From: Camelus ferus
Taxonomy: Eukaryota
Direction of reading: 5' to 3'
NCBI RefSeq assembly: GCF_009834535.1
Contig: NC_045696.1
Coordinates: 108,812,001 to 108,876,000, forward strand
Length of the DNA: 64,000 nucleotides
Shown here: in pieces, positions 48,511 through 59,847 of the stretch
Numbering within the stretch: position 1 is the first letter of the stretch
Layout of the letters: each line of letters starts with the position of its first letter
The notes under the pieces: generated by a model
What the model was told of the DNA's origin: nothing
Databases searched by the model: none
Seen by the model: only the letters and a program-made list of their open reading frames with translations
Translations under genes and position numbers: made by a program

Positions 48511-50339
48511 GTCAGCCACCACTTCCAGCAGGGCAGTAAGGATGCATGGGATGGGAGAGAGGGGACAGCTGGGGAGACACCGCAGGCAGAGAGGACTGAA
48601 CAGCCAAAAGTGTGCAGCCAGGGAAGTCATGTTTGAGGAAAGGCACCCTGTCTGCGTGGAGGGCCTAGATGGGGGGCAGGGGGGGCGGGCAGGAGGGCTG
48701 GATGAGTCAGCTGCAGGTAACAACTAAGGAGGACCGCCAAGAGCCAAGCTAAGGAAACAGGACTATTTCTTCCGCAATCAAAAGGAAACTACAGGGGTTT
48801 TGGGTTTTGTTTTTAAATTAGGATAACTGATCTTTCCAATCAGTGCCTGGGGAAGGGTCTTCAGGCACTGAGGTGGCACAGGTCCTGGATGGAGTGGGCT
48901 CCGGACGGTGGGGCATAGAGTAGCAAGGCTCGGGTCAGGGACGTCTTTTGGAGCCCACCCTAATGATGCATGGTGATGTCCATGACATCCTCTTACTTTT
49001 ATTCTTGCCCCTGCTCTCAAAGTCCTTGCAAATAAGCCCAGCAAGGTGTAAAGCAAGGAGAGAGACCCCTGAGGGGCAGACAGACCAAATGAATGAGCAA
49101 CTAAGAAAATGTAAACCAGTCTATACACAATGCCAGACACTCTGATGTGTATCTCAAATTCCCTCAAAGCCTAAAAGAGGGATTTTACTAAACCCATTTC
49201 ATAGAGCAGGAGACTGAGGACACACCGGCCCAAGGTCCTACAGGGAGAACAGCACAGGGCGGGATGTGGACGCGCGTGTGCCTGACTGAGCGCGCACGCT
49301 CTTCCCAGGCCCAGTCGCGCTTTCAGGTGGGGAGGTGCCCACTCCAAAGAGTCAGCTTTTTCAATCAGACAGGTCAAATAAAGAGAAGACACCTTTTTAA
49401 GCTAGAATTGTCCCTGCCTCCTTTTAGGAATTTCTCATCCCATAGCTGCCAAACCTGTCCCAGGTTTTCCAGAAAGCAAAATATCTGGGCTCAGCACTGC
49501 TCCCCCGCCCCCAACCCCACACACTGACAGACGCCTGAAACAGCCCCACCCAAAGGCAGCCCAAGGGACCAGTAACGTGAGAAACAAGTCAGAGAGGCTG
49601 CTGGGACAGGACGCCCAGTCCTCCAGGGCGCCCAGCTGGGTCTGAACACGCCTGGGGCTGGCAGAGCACCTAATGCGCTTCTGGAGACGCCCTGACCACC
49701 ACTCACCTCGGAGATCTCCCCAGAAACCACGAAAAGTCCCAGGAGGGGCAGGAGCCGCAGTCACACCACAGCCCCAGGGAGTTCTGCCCCTTCTCAGCAC
49801 ACGCATCCGCCCCTGGCCGGATGCAGGAGATGCGGCCAGAGAAAGGGATGCTGAGAGCTTGGGAGACCAGAGGGCGGGGCCCATCCCCTAGAAGGAGCCC
49901 CAAGATGGGGAAGCACGTGGTGGTTCAAAACCCCCTTCCTAATAAACCCCTGCGATCACCAGCCCGTGACTGTCACCGCGATCATGAGCCAATTGGAAGT
50001 GAGGCACCAGAGCCACTAAAAAGCCCACCCTGTGCCAGGAGCTTCGCGGGGGAACCGGCTTTCACAACGAGTACCAGTTCCACACACTGTAAAACAGCAG
50101 CCAGATTACAACTTTCTCACCAACTTCATAAAATACATTTTATTGGCATTGTTACGGTTCTGACTCAAACAACTTCATAAAATTTTTCCTTCTTATGAAG
50201 TGGATGCTCTTATACACTCGCTGGAAACACGGAAGTTCAATTGCCAAGGCCCATCTACTCAGGCATGCACGCTGGGAAACTATTTTTTTTAAAGAATTAA
50301 GGCTACGTAGGCTCTCTGTGGTCCTTTGAATTAGAGGTT

Positions 50340-50582
50340 TTTCATGCATCCGAGAGCCAGATTGATTTTATGTGGCCTGCACATTGACGTAAAAAGAAAA
50401 AAGAAAAAAAGTGCACTTTGTCAACAATTAAAAATTGGGGATTATCCCATGAAAATCCAGACGAGGCAACGCCCGTATAACCACGTAGGGTACAGGCTCA
50501 CCTGTTCACACGGCCCCTTCAACCTCGGCTGGCTGTGAACTCTGTGAGTCCCCGGCCGGCTTCTGGATTTGGGGCCCCTGCT
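50340..50582 (+). mobile_element. hAT MER102-like element (degraded)
   Basis: 'ttgtcaacaattaaaaattggggattatcccatgaaaatccaga' and terminus 'ttctggatttggggcccctg'. Confidence 0.45.
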
Positions 50583-51579
50583 TGAGATGAACCACAGATG
50601 CTAACAGCAGAGTCCATGACAGGCAAAGCCCCGGGCCCACACCATGGGAGAACGGGAAGACCAGCCAGCCAGATGCACAGAAGTAACTGATCCAAAGAGG
50701 AATGAGACTCAGGCAACAAGGGAGGCACCAAACGGAGATAAGAGATTTCTTAGGGAGAGATGGAGGGGTGACGGGATCCTCTAAAGAATGGCCACTCCTT
50801 GTCCCTGATGGCGGGATGCCCCAGGGTCCCCAGGGAGCGTCAGTCCTAACCCATCCTAGGCGAATCCTCAATAAAGGAGAAGCACATTCAACCTCTCACT
50901 GGTTTATTCACCAAACTGTGCCCCAGGACGTACAGCAGAGTCACCTGGGAGCGTCTTCACACCACCCCCTCCCCAAACAGGTCCCGTCAGCTGCAGAGTT
51001 GAGCTCCCTCTTTGGGAGGTGTCCAGAGTGGGGAAATGGAAAACGCTTTCATAGGTCCACCCCCATTACTCACCGTTATCCTGCCCTATGCCAGGCCTTG
51101 TCCCAGGACACGGCCTCTCTCTCCGAAGCTGCCCACTGCATTGGTCATCCTACTCGAGGCAGCCTGGCATGAGGTCACACCTCAGTTAGGGACCCAGGAT
51201 TGGGCGCCCTCAGCCTTGGGCCAGAAGCCTGGCACAGCAGGGCCTTCCAGGTGTCCACAGGCAGAGCTGTTTTCAGGACACACTCTGCGCCTTTGCCTTG
51301 TAACCTAAAACAGCTTAGCACCTGGCCATTCCCTTCCCCGGGACTCACTCCCTTCCATTCCCACCTCACGGCAAATGGAGGCTGGTAACACAGCCAGAAC
51401 AGCCAACAGCAAAGGAACAGACTCTAGAAATCCAGGAGAAACTCAGATCAGTAATTCTATCTACAATATGGAAACAGTCGCCAGCCAGCAACACCACAGT
51501 GAGGGCAGGGATGTGTCCATTAAGCACGGACACTATCAGCACACAGGAGCGTGCAGAATCAGGAGGCAGCGACGCAAAT

Positions 51580-51790
51580 AACACAGGTGTGGTCTTGGGC
51601 CTGAAAAATCGGGTTCACATCCTAACCCAGTGAGTTCCAGAGTGCATGGCTTTGCATGCTAATCTTTCTGCATCTGTGAAGAAGGAATAATATTTTGGAG
51701 TTCTCTATTGAGAAGCAAACGAGGTGACATTTGTAAAGCACTTCACACAGTAGGCACCTGGTATATAGTAGGCACTGCATAAATATTCCT
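51580..51790 (+). mobile_element. MIR SINE
   Basis: 'tttctgcatctgtgaagaaggaataata...acatttgtaaagcacttcacacagtaggcacctggtatatagtaggcactgcataaatatt'. Confidence 0.7.
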
Positions 51791-52240
51791 TCTCTTTCAC
51801 TGAACATTAATTGATGAATTAATGGATGAATATGTAGTAAAAACAAAATCATTTACTTGAAAATGTTCCAGACTGCATCTAATTATTTTGCTCTTATTAT
51901 TTTTAATAGAATCTGCCTGGGGATAGAATGTTCCCCTTGATTTTCTAGCTTCAAAGTTGCATGCAAGAAAGTGGCCTCCTTTTTCTGTATTTTTCTTGTA
52001 ATTAGGGAACACTGCCAGCAGGTGGCGGTGGCGGCTCTGGGCGCATCATCAAGCTGGAAGACCCATGTTTTGTTTTAGATCCAGCTACAACCATGAAGTT
52101 TCCAGATACTAAGTTTCAAGGAGCAAGAAAGGCTAGATGATATTGATTAGAAGATTCCATTAAGCGAAGGATTTTTTTTAGAGGCTAGTGTTAAGCAATT
52201 ATTCTCTCATAACTTTCAAGTACAGCATAAGAGGATAAGG

Positions 52241-52470
52241 GGTTTTTATTATTATTAATGAAGTATAGTCAGTTATATGTGTCGGTCTCTGGTGTGCAGC
52301 ATAAAGTCCCAGTCATACATATACATACATATATTCGTTTTCATATTCTTTTTCATTAAAGGTTATTACAAGATATTGACTATAGTCCCCTGTGTTATAC
52401 AGAAGAAATTTGGTTTTCATCTATTTTTATATATAGTAGTTAATATAGCACATCTCAAATTCCCAAATTT
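52241..52470 (-). mobile_element. Young 5'-truncated L1 3' end (camelid-type) with TSD
   Basis: Reverse complement of the 43704-43895 type; tail decayed to (TTA)n; exact 11-bp direct repeat agaggataagg at 52230-52240 and 52471-52481. Confidence 0.88.
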
Positions 52471-54964
52471 AGAGGATAAGGTTTTAAATTTGGGCAACAA
52501 AGATGACAGATACTAGGAAACACTGACTGACCAACAGGATGACAACATTTCAGCATAAACTTCTAGGAGACCCTGTGGAAGAGGCATACAGGAGGTGTCC
52601 CCAAGAGCCAGAAATAAGCCCAGGAAAACCATGAGAGAGCAAAGAGGGCAGGCAGAAGCTCGGTCTAGGACCAGTGATGCCCTCCCACTCAATCAACGCC
52701 CCTGTTTCATGCTCCCCAGACTCCCACCCTCCATGGCTTGCCTGGTCTTGGGAGTCCACCCAGGAGCACTTTCCTCTCTTTACATGACTGTCTAAGGTCC
52801 AGGGTATGTTCTGTGGGGCAAGTATGACCGCTTTCTTTATCTAGGGTGCATCCTCAAAAGAGAAATTGCAGGAATGAAGCTACTCGTGTTCCCTACTTGC
52901 TTTCTAAATTTTCCTTGTAGAGAAACTGTTAGGTCCACCAAATAGCCCCAAATGCCTAGGTCATATTGGCTAATTCTCAATATTTGGGGACCCTGAGGAG
53001 AGCTCTTTGGTACTTTGTTCTTTTGACAAACCTGTGCTTTCATAGAGTCAAGCAAGCAAAACCAAAGATGCCCCAAGCCAAACCCACTCTCTGCTCCCCA
53101 CGAGGGTCTATCCCTGCTGGCTTCCGGCCCCAGCAGCCCCACCCCTTCCCAGCTCCAGCAAGGTCTGCAGGACCGGTTGCCCTCCCCACTGCTATCTCCC
53201 AGGACAGCTGGGGGCATTCTGCAAAGCAGCCTGAGCCCAGGCGAACCATTTGTTGGTCAATCTTGAGTTTATATCAGCGACATCTGCACCCAAGTGCACA
53301 ATCAGGGATACTTCAGGATTACATGGGGTTTTAAAACATCTATTTTTTTAAAAAGTAACTCCAATTTTAAAAACATTCATTTGCATTTTTATAGCCAAAG
53401 AGATATGCTAAAGCTCAAAGACATAATCATGGAACAGGTAATATACCTTTTAGTTCTAGGGTGTTGGAGAGAATATTTATCTTTTAAAGAAGCATTTCAC
53501 AAATAAGTATCAATGTGCCCCTGACACACTGGTTGCTAGTATCCCCACAGCTGGGCTGGGGTCACTCTTCAACTACAGGGACACCTTGGCATTCAGTCTA
53601 GAGCTAAGGGTGGACACGTTAAGAGGCAGATATTTGCTGATGAGTAATTTCAACTAGTTAAAGTCACTTACCTACTCATTAGAATATTAAAATGATAAAC
53701 CAAGCTTTTAATAACAGTAACCTCTTCTGTAGATGAAGAAACAATGTCTTCTTTTTTAGACAAATCTATTTGAGGTTAGTCACTTGGGAATTGAAAAAGC
53801 AGGCGAGCTCCTATTTCTTTTCCGGTCAAAGAATTAACAGGAAGAAGAAGGCAGCAGCTGCATAATGAAGACATTAAGTTTCTTACCCTGATTAAACTTA
53901 AGCTGATTCATATTTACATTTACTTTTCTAAAGCCCCTGTTTCATATTTATAACCAAAATATTAACAATGCATGTACCTGTTTTTGTTAAAACGTGCTTT
54001 TTGTCGAATATAAATAAATATTCATAATATATAAACATGCAGTTTTAATCAAACAGAACAGTTTGACTGCCTGTTATTTCTATTGTACTTCATTTGCCTA
54101 ATAAAGTATAATTTTTTTAAATTCACCAAATATATACGATACCTCTGTTAGATTGGAGATGGTTTGCCTCTTAATTTACAAATACCTGCTTCGATTTGTG
54201 TTCAATGAAATTCCTGAAAGATGACTACATTTTCAGATGCAAAATTAAAAACAGACAAATGAAGCGGTTCTTTAAATACACCTTTTAAAAAACCACACCT
54301 GATTTATGAGAAACAAGGAGCTAAAATCCATTCTTAAAATTTACTTTTAATTGAAAAATCTGAGTATAACAGATGATGAAATCATGCCTTGCGTTGACCA
54401 CTGCTGTCAAATCAACTGGAGAACAAGTGGAGACCGCGCAGAGGGCATGCTCAGTGTGCCCAGAAGGACCTGGATGGCTGTTCTGGGCAGGTAACCAGCG
54501 GACTGCTCTCCCTGAGGGGGGTCCTATCCCTCCCCACCTCCAGACATCCTCAGCATCAACTTCTGACTTTAGATGAAATGTCCACAAAAGATAGAAACTG
54601 CTGACTCTGATACGAACTTTCACTAAAACCTTATTTATGAAGAAGCTCACTGAGTCTTGGCAGAGTGCTGGTCACTCAGAGTTTGGACCAAAACAGCTCC
54701 CACGCTGCAGCCTCCAACCTGTGGCCAAATGAGACCACAGGAACCTCGAAGTTCTGATGAAAGGGATGAAGACGTAGGGTCAAGAATAGATGGTGCCTTG
54801 GGGAGCCCGGGAAACCCTCACGGGCCTTTCCTGCCCTCCTCCCAGCCATGCTCCTTCCCCCTTCAGGCCCTTCCTCTTACAGAGCCACCCTCGAGGCTCA
54901 AGGGCCACTCTTCTCACCCCCGCCCCCCAGTTTGCCTCACCTGGCTGGATAGGTCAGGTGCAGG

Positions 54965-55090
54965 AATAGGAGGAACACGGGCTTTGGGGACAGACAGTCC
55001 AGGGCTGGACTTGGCTAGTGCCATTTCTACTCACCTTGGGCATGTAGCCTCCCCTCCCTGGGCCTCCAGGTCCTTATCTATAAAGAGCAA
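54965..55090 (+). mobile_element. MIR fragment
   Basis: 'gggctttggggacagacagtccagggctgga...accttgggcatgtagcctcccctccctgggcctccaggtccttatctataaa'. Confidence 0.6.
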
Positions 55091-56339
55091 TGGTCAAGAT
55101 CCAAGACAAGGCAGGCAAAGACAGCAGCCCCCTGCCTGGCAGTCCTGTCAGCATCCATAAACGCCATATTCACATACACATTCCTGTGTTTTCCTGGTCA
55201 ATCCCCCTGCAGGGCTGGAAGGAGCCATCACAGGGGCTGGAATCTGAAACCTACCACCATGAAATGCTGCCCAGCCTTGGAAAGGGACGGGGTCTCCGAT
55301 GCTCTGACCTCAGTCCCATGGGGATGCACCTGGTTTCTCCAGAGTCCAGTGAGGACTCCCACACTGCATCCCAGCACCTCTCAGCTCAGGCCAGCTTGGC
55401 CAAGACACTGCCATTGGGAGCGACACACCTGCACAGAGCTTAGCTCAGCTTCCCCCATGGTCACCTGGCCTCCAAATGAACCGAGAACCTGCATCCCAGA
55501 CACCTCTTGGAAGCCAGGGGAGAGAGGCTGCCAACCCCTTATGCACGTGTCCAGCCAACCGTGAGAGAGTGCCTCTAAATTACGCCCCGTTCACTTGACT
55601 GAGGAAGTAGCATTTGTTTTTATTTTCTAGGACAGACAGTCCATCACTCGGATGTGACAGAAATAAAGATAAATACCACCCAATGAACTTTAAATCAAAA
55701 TGCTAATCCCGGGCTGACTTCTCTGTCAAGGTCTGACACTGCGGTAATTCAGCAGGCTTTGATGATGCCCCAAATTAATGCTCTGCTGGAGATTATGTCT
55801 ATGAATCATGGATTCAGATGGCCTGGCTGCTCGTGTTCCTCCACTGAGTGACATCCAAAACTGTCCCAATGGCCAGGAGAACTTCACCTGGGTGTCCTCA
55901 GCTCACAGGTTACAAGGCAGCCTCCAACTGGGAGAATCTGAAAAGCCCTCTTGACGTTTACATAGTAAAAAGGCTTCAAAGGGTAGGGTCATCCCTGAGA
56001 AGAAGCTAGAAGGTGACACATTCTGAGCACAAAATAATGACAAAGCATTATTCTGTCTTAACTAAGGACCAAGCTGGAGATACTGGGACTGGCCCACCTG
56101 AGTCACGAAGAAAAAAAACCCAAAAACCCCAGAGATGACCTCACCCAGAGATGCCCAAGCAACCAGCACTCGCATCCCAAAAGACCATCCAAAAGTCAGG
56201 AGTCTGGTTTGAGTCTGGAAAAAAAACAAGAGTTCTTGTCTCTGGAAGTTTAGAGGGGACAGTCAGGACGCCAGGCTGGAACATCAAATGTCTGTTTTAT
56301 CTCCACCAAACCAGATGCCTAAGTCTCCCCGCAGCCTGA

Positions 56340-56455
56340 ACCTCTCCCTCAATAATATTTATTGCTTATCCGGTTCGATTCTAGGAATTTGGGATATGCC
56401 TGGACAAAAAGGATTAAGATCCCTGCCATCTTGGAGTTTGCATTCTAGGGAGCCT
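56340..56455 (-). mobile_element. L2 3' end
   Basis: 'caataatatttattgcttatc...ttctaggaatttgggatatg...agatccctgccatcttggagtttgcattctagg'. Confidence 0.6.
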
Positions 56456-58234
56456 GGCGATCCCTCGCCCAGGCCTTCTGAACCCCCTGCCTAGAATGAC
56501 AGAGATGCTGTCTAAATGGTCCTTCCCCTCTGTCTTAGCAGCCTCTTTCAGTGGTTTCCCTGCCTAAGACTGAAAACCCACACTTCTCGTCAGACTCTGG
56601 GGGGACCTCCATCAGCACCCTCTGCATATCCTTCCAGACTCAGCTCACTTTGGAAATCTGGGTGGATGGGAGAGCATCAGAACACTCCATGCTGGTTACC
56701 TCCCTGGACTGCTGCTGGCAGTCCACTCTGCGGGGCCTGCCCTGCATCCATGCTCTTTCCTCATTAAACACCTCCTCTCCACTTCAAGACTCACTTAAGG
56801 GCAGCTCCTCCCGATGCCCCCAGGCTTAGCCGACCCATCTGCTGGACCCCACGGCACAGAGCCTCCATCAGTCCTGGCACCCACTGCCCTGAGTGGCCAA
56901 CACCCTTTCCTCTGCTCTCTGTCCATCTCTCCCACAAGACCGAACTCCATTCCGCCCGAAACAGTGTCTTCCACATTTGGTAGTCCCAGCACAGTGTCTG
57001 GAATATATTAGGTGCTCGATGAAAATTTACTACCCTGAACCAATCATACCATAAAAGCTAACCACCCTTTAGTACATTGTTTCCATGGAAAATTGTGTTC
57101 CAAGTTCTGCCTGGCCTTTCGGAGACATGGCTTGCCCACTCACAGCCCCAGTGACAAGAATATAGGGCCATTCAGCACACTCCATCCTGCCCTGTCCTTC
57201 CCATCAAGCCAGAGGGCCTGGGGGTCACAGGGACAGTGTGGGGCCTCAGCAGATCAACGCTGGAGAGTCTAGCTGGGTTTTTGCCTATAGCCTCATTCCT
57301 GGGGGAATGAGAGCCCCAAAAGACCCCATGATGGTTTCTACTGGATGTTGGCTTGTGGCCCTGTGACATTATCCTTAAGGTTGAGCCCAGTGGATGTGAG
57401 ATCAGGTCACCCTGAGCACGTACTACAGAAACTCAGACTCCCACCTGCAAAAATTCAAACCTCCGTCCATGGAGAAATTACACTTATAAAGGACCTTAAA
57501 AAAAAAACAGAACAAAGCAAACTAGCATGATCGCCCATTGCTAAGAAACACCCAACGCCAGCACTTTCTAGAAATAAGTCACCTTAATATTAAATATGCT
57601 GGCCTGAGGGGTTAGAAAGTTGTGTCGTCTGCAGTCCTTGTTGGTTCCTTATGATTATGCCAAGAAGAAAGTTCCAATCAGGGGCTAGTCATTAGCACCT
57701 CTGCACGCTTACTAAGTTCACTTGTTAAGGAGTCAAGAGCAGGTTTCGGACTCAGAGTCAAAAGTCAGAGCTCAGTAGCCTCAGTCCCACTGTCCTTAGG
57801 ATGACAGTTTTACCTGCAACTTGATAGAAGTGAGACTGCTTTTCCTCTGAGAGGGGCGGAGTCAAGTTTCCTTTTTGAAATACATTTATTCAAGGTTTTA
57901 AGTGAACTGATTTAGGGGAACATATTAGATCTGCACTAGCACATCAGAGGGTGAGGGGGGAGCCGTGGCAGTGAGACTCAGGCGGCTGGAGCTGGGGACA
58001 GAAGAGGGCCTCAGATGAACAGGGCAAACAAATTCTCGGGGCGCTCCAGTGACTCAGACACTTCATTTGAGGGTTTGAAGTTCAGCTGTCTCACGACTTG
58101 TCCCAGATTTCTTTTCAGCTTCATTCTGTCTTGCTTTGTTCCCAGCCTGGCCTTGGCTTATGCTCACAAGCGCCCTTGTTTGCCTTGGATGAAGGCCCCC
58201 CCACAGCCCGCCTCACTGGGGCCCGCCTGTCCAT

Positions 58235-58456
58235 ATCAGGCGCCAGATTCAGCAAGCCAACAAACAATAAGATGCTTAGTTAAATTTGAATTCCGGATAA
58301 ATAATAGATCATTTTTAGTATACGTATGTCCCAAATGTCACATGCAATATTTCAGTGCATCCCCACAATATTTGGAACGTGCATAAACTAAACACAGTAT
58401 ACTGTTTCTCTGGAATCCAAATTCAACTGGGCATCCTGTATTTTACCAGTGACCTC
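58235..58456. mobile_element. MER53 palindromic hAT-derived element
   Basis: Arms 'gatgcttagttaaatttgaattccggataaa...tttagtatacgtatgtcccaa' and 'ttggaacgtgcataaactaaa...tttctctggaatccaaattcaactgggcatcctgtatttt' are imperfect inverted repeats. Confidence 0.85.
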
Positions 58457-59489
58457 GCCCAGCCAGCACTGCCCAGCACTGCCCTCACCATCTGTTGGTA
58501 CATCAGACAACTGCAGAAAGCATCCCATGATGTTTTCCTTTTCAGAGTAACAGCCCCAAATTCTCCCAACCATATCGTACAAATATTCAGTCAAAGAGGT
58601 AAGTTCTCCCACCATGCAGCTGGACAAAGGAAGTCTACAGAACCTTCTCTTGGGAAAATTAGGAGAGCTCAGAGCATTTCTTCTGTCATCAGGTGGAGCT
58701 GGCAGGGAGAGGAAGCCAGTAAATGTTACAGATGGAAAAGAGCACTGGGCCAAGCCTCGGTGGCCAGGAGGCAGAGAGGGTAAGAGGTGTTTTTCCATTT
58801 GCGTAAAGGCAACATTTAGGGATGAAGAGTCCATTCAACAGTGGGGAAATGTCTCTGCGGAGGGGAGGGCGGCTGGTGGGAGCTGGTCTGGAGATGCTGG
58901 AAGGGAAAGAAGCATCAGCGGGGCTGGACCAGTCAGAAGCAACTTTCTGTGGCTTGTTTTGAAGGGACCTGAGCAAGTCTACAAATCTGGGGAAGGAAAG
59001 TTGAAAAAAGGAGAGTGGGGCAAGGTCGGGAGGCATGTTCTCAGAGCATCTGCTGGGTCCTAAGTCTGCTCCACTCTGGGGTCAGGCAGCCAGTCTAGAA
59101 CGTGGGGTCAGGGTCCAGCTCCACAGGGCACAGGTTCCCTTATTAGAAACCGAAACTCTGCCGGCCCACACCTGCTCTCCCAGTCATCGCTCTCCCAGAC
59201 TCCAGGGAAGATCGGAGTCCACGCCTGCAAATGTTCAGAGCTCTTCGAAGCTGTTGGCCTGGACTCTGGATCTCAGTTACACTACGGACGAGCCCTCTCA
59301 TGACACATCTCCTTCCCGAAGGCCACTCGGGGATTCTTCGGTAGGTTGGTTTAGGAGCAAGACTCCGGCTGGGGATGTCATGCAGCTTGCATGGGAGCAG
59401 GGACTCACGGTCCTTTTCAGGGAAGGAGAAGAGCTGACGGGAGTGACGAAGACGTAACACTCTACCCCCGCCCCAGGGCCTCCAGGTCC

Positions 59490-59847
59490 TGGCTGCCTTC
59501 TGTGCGGAGTGAGGCGGGATCTATTCCAGGCCTCCCCCGAGCTTCTGGTGGCTTGCTGGCCACCTTCGGCATTCCTTGGCTCACTGATAGCATCATCCCG
59601 ATCCCTGCCTTCAGGTTCACATGGCACTCCCCCTGTGCGTAGCTATTGTCCAAATTTCCCCGCTTGATAAGGACACCAGCCACACTGGATTTGGGGCCCA
59701 CCCGACTTCAGTATGATCTCATCTTAATTTAACTCGTTACATCTGCAACTACCTGTTTCCAAATAAGGCCACACTCTGATATCCTGGGAGTTAGGACATC
59801 AACATACCTTGGGGGGGGGGGGACAGGACATAAGTCAACTCATAACA
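59490..59847 (-). mobile_element. MaLR LTR (MLT1B/C-like)
   Basis: 'agcttctggtggcttgctggccaccttcggcattccttggc...ataaggacaccagccacactggatttggggcccaccc...tttccaaataaggccacactctg...actcataaca'. Confidence 0.88.

Noticed and set aside
49255..49330. CpG-rich patch as a possible CpG-island promoter
   Set aside because: Under 100 bp, far too short for a CpG island, and no downstream exon evident.
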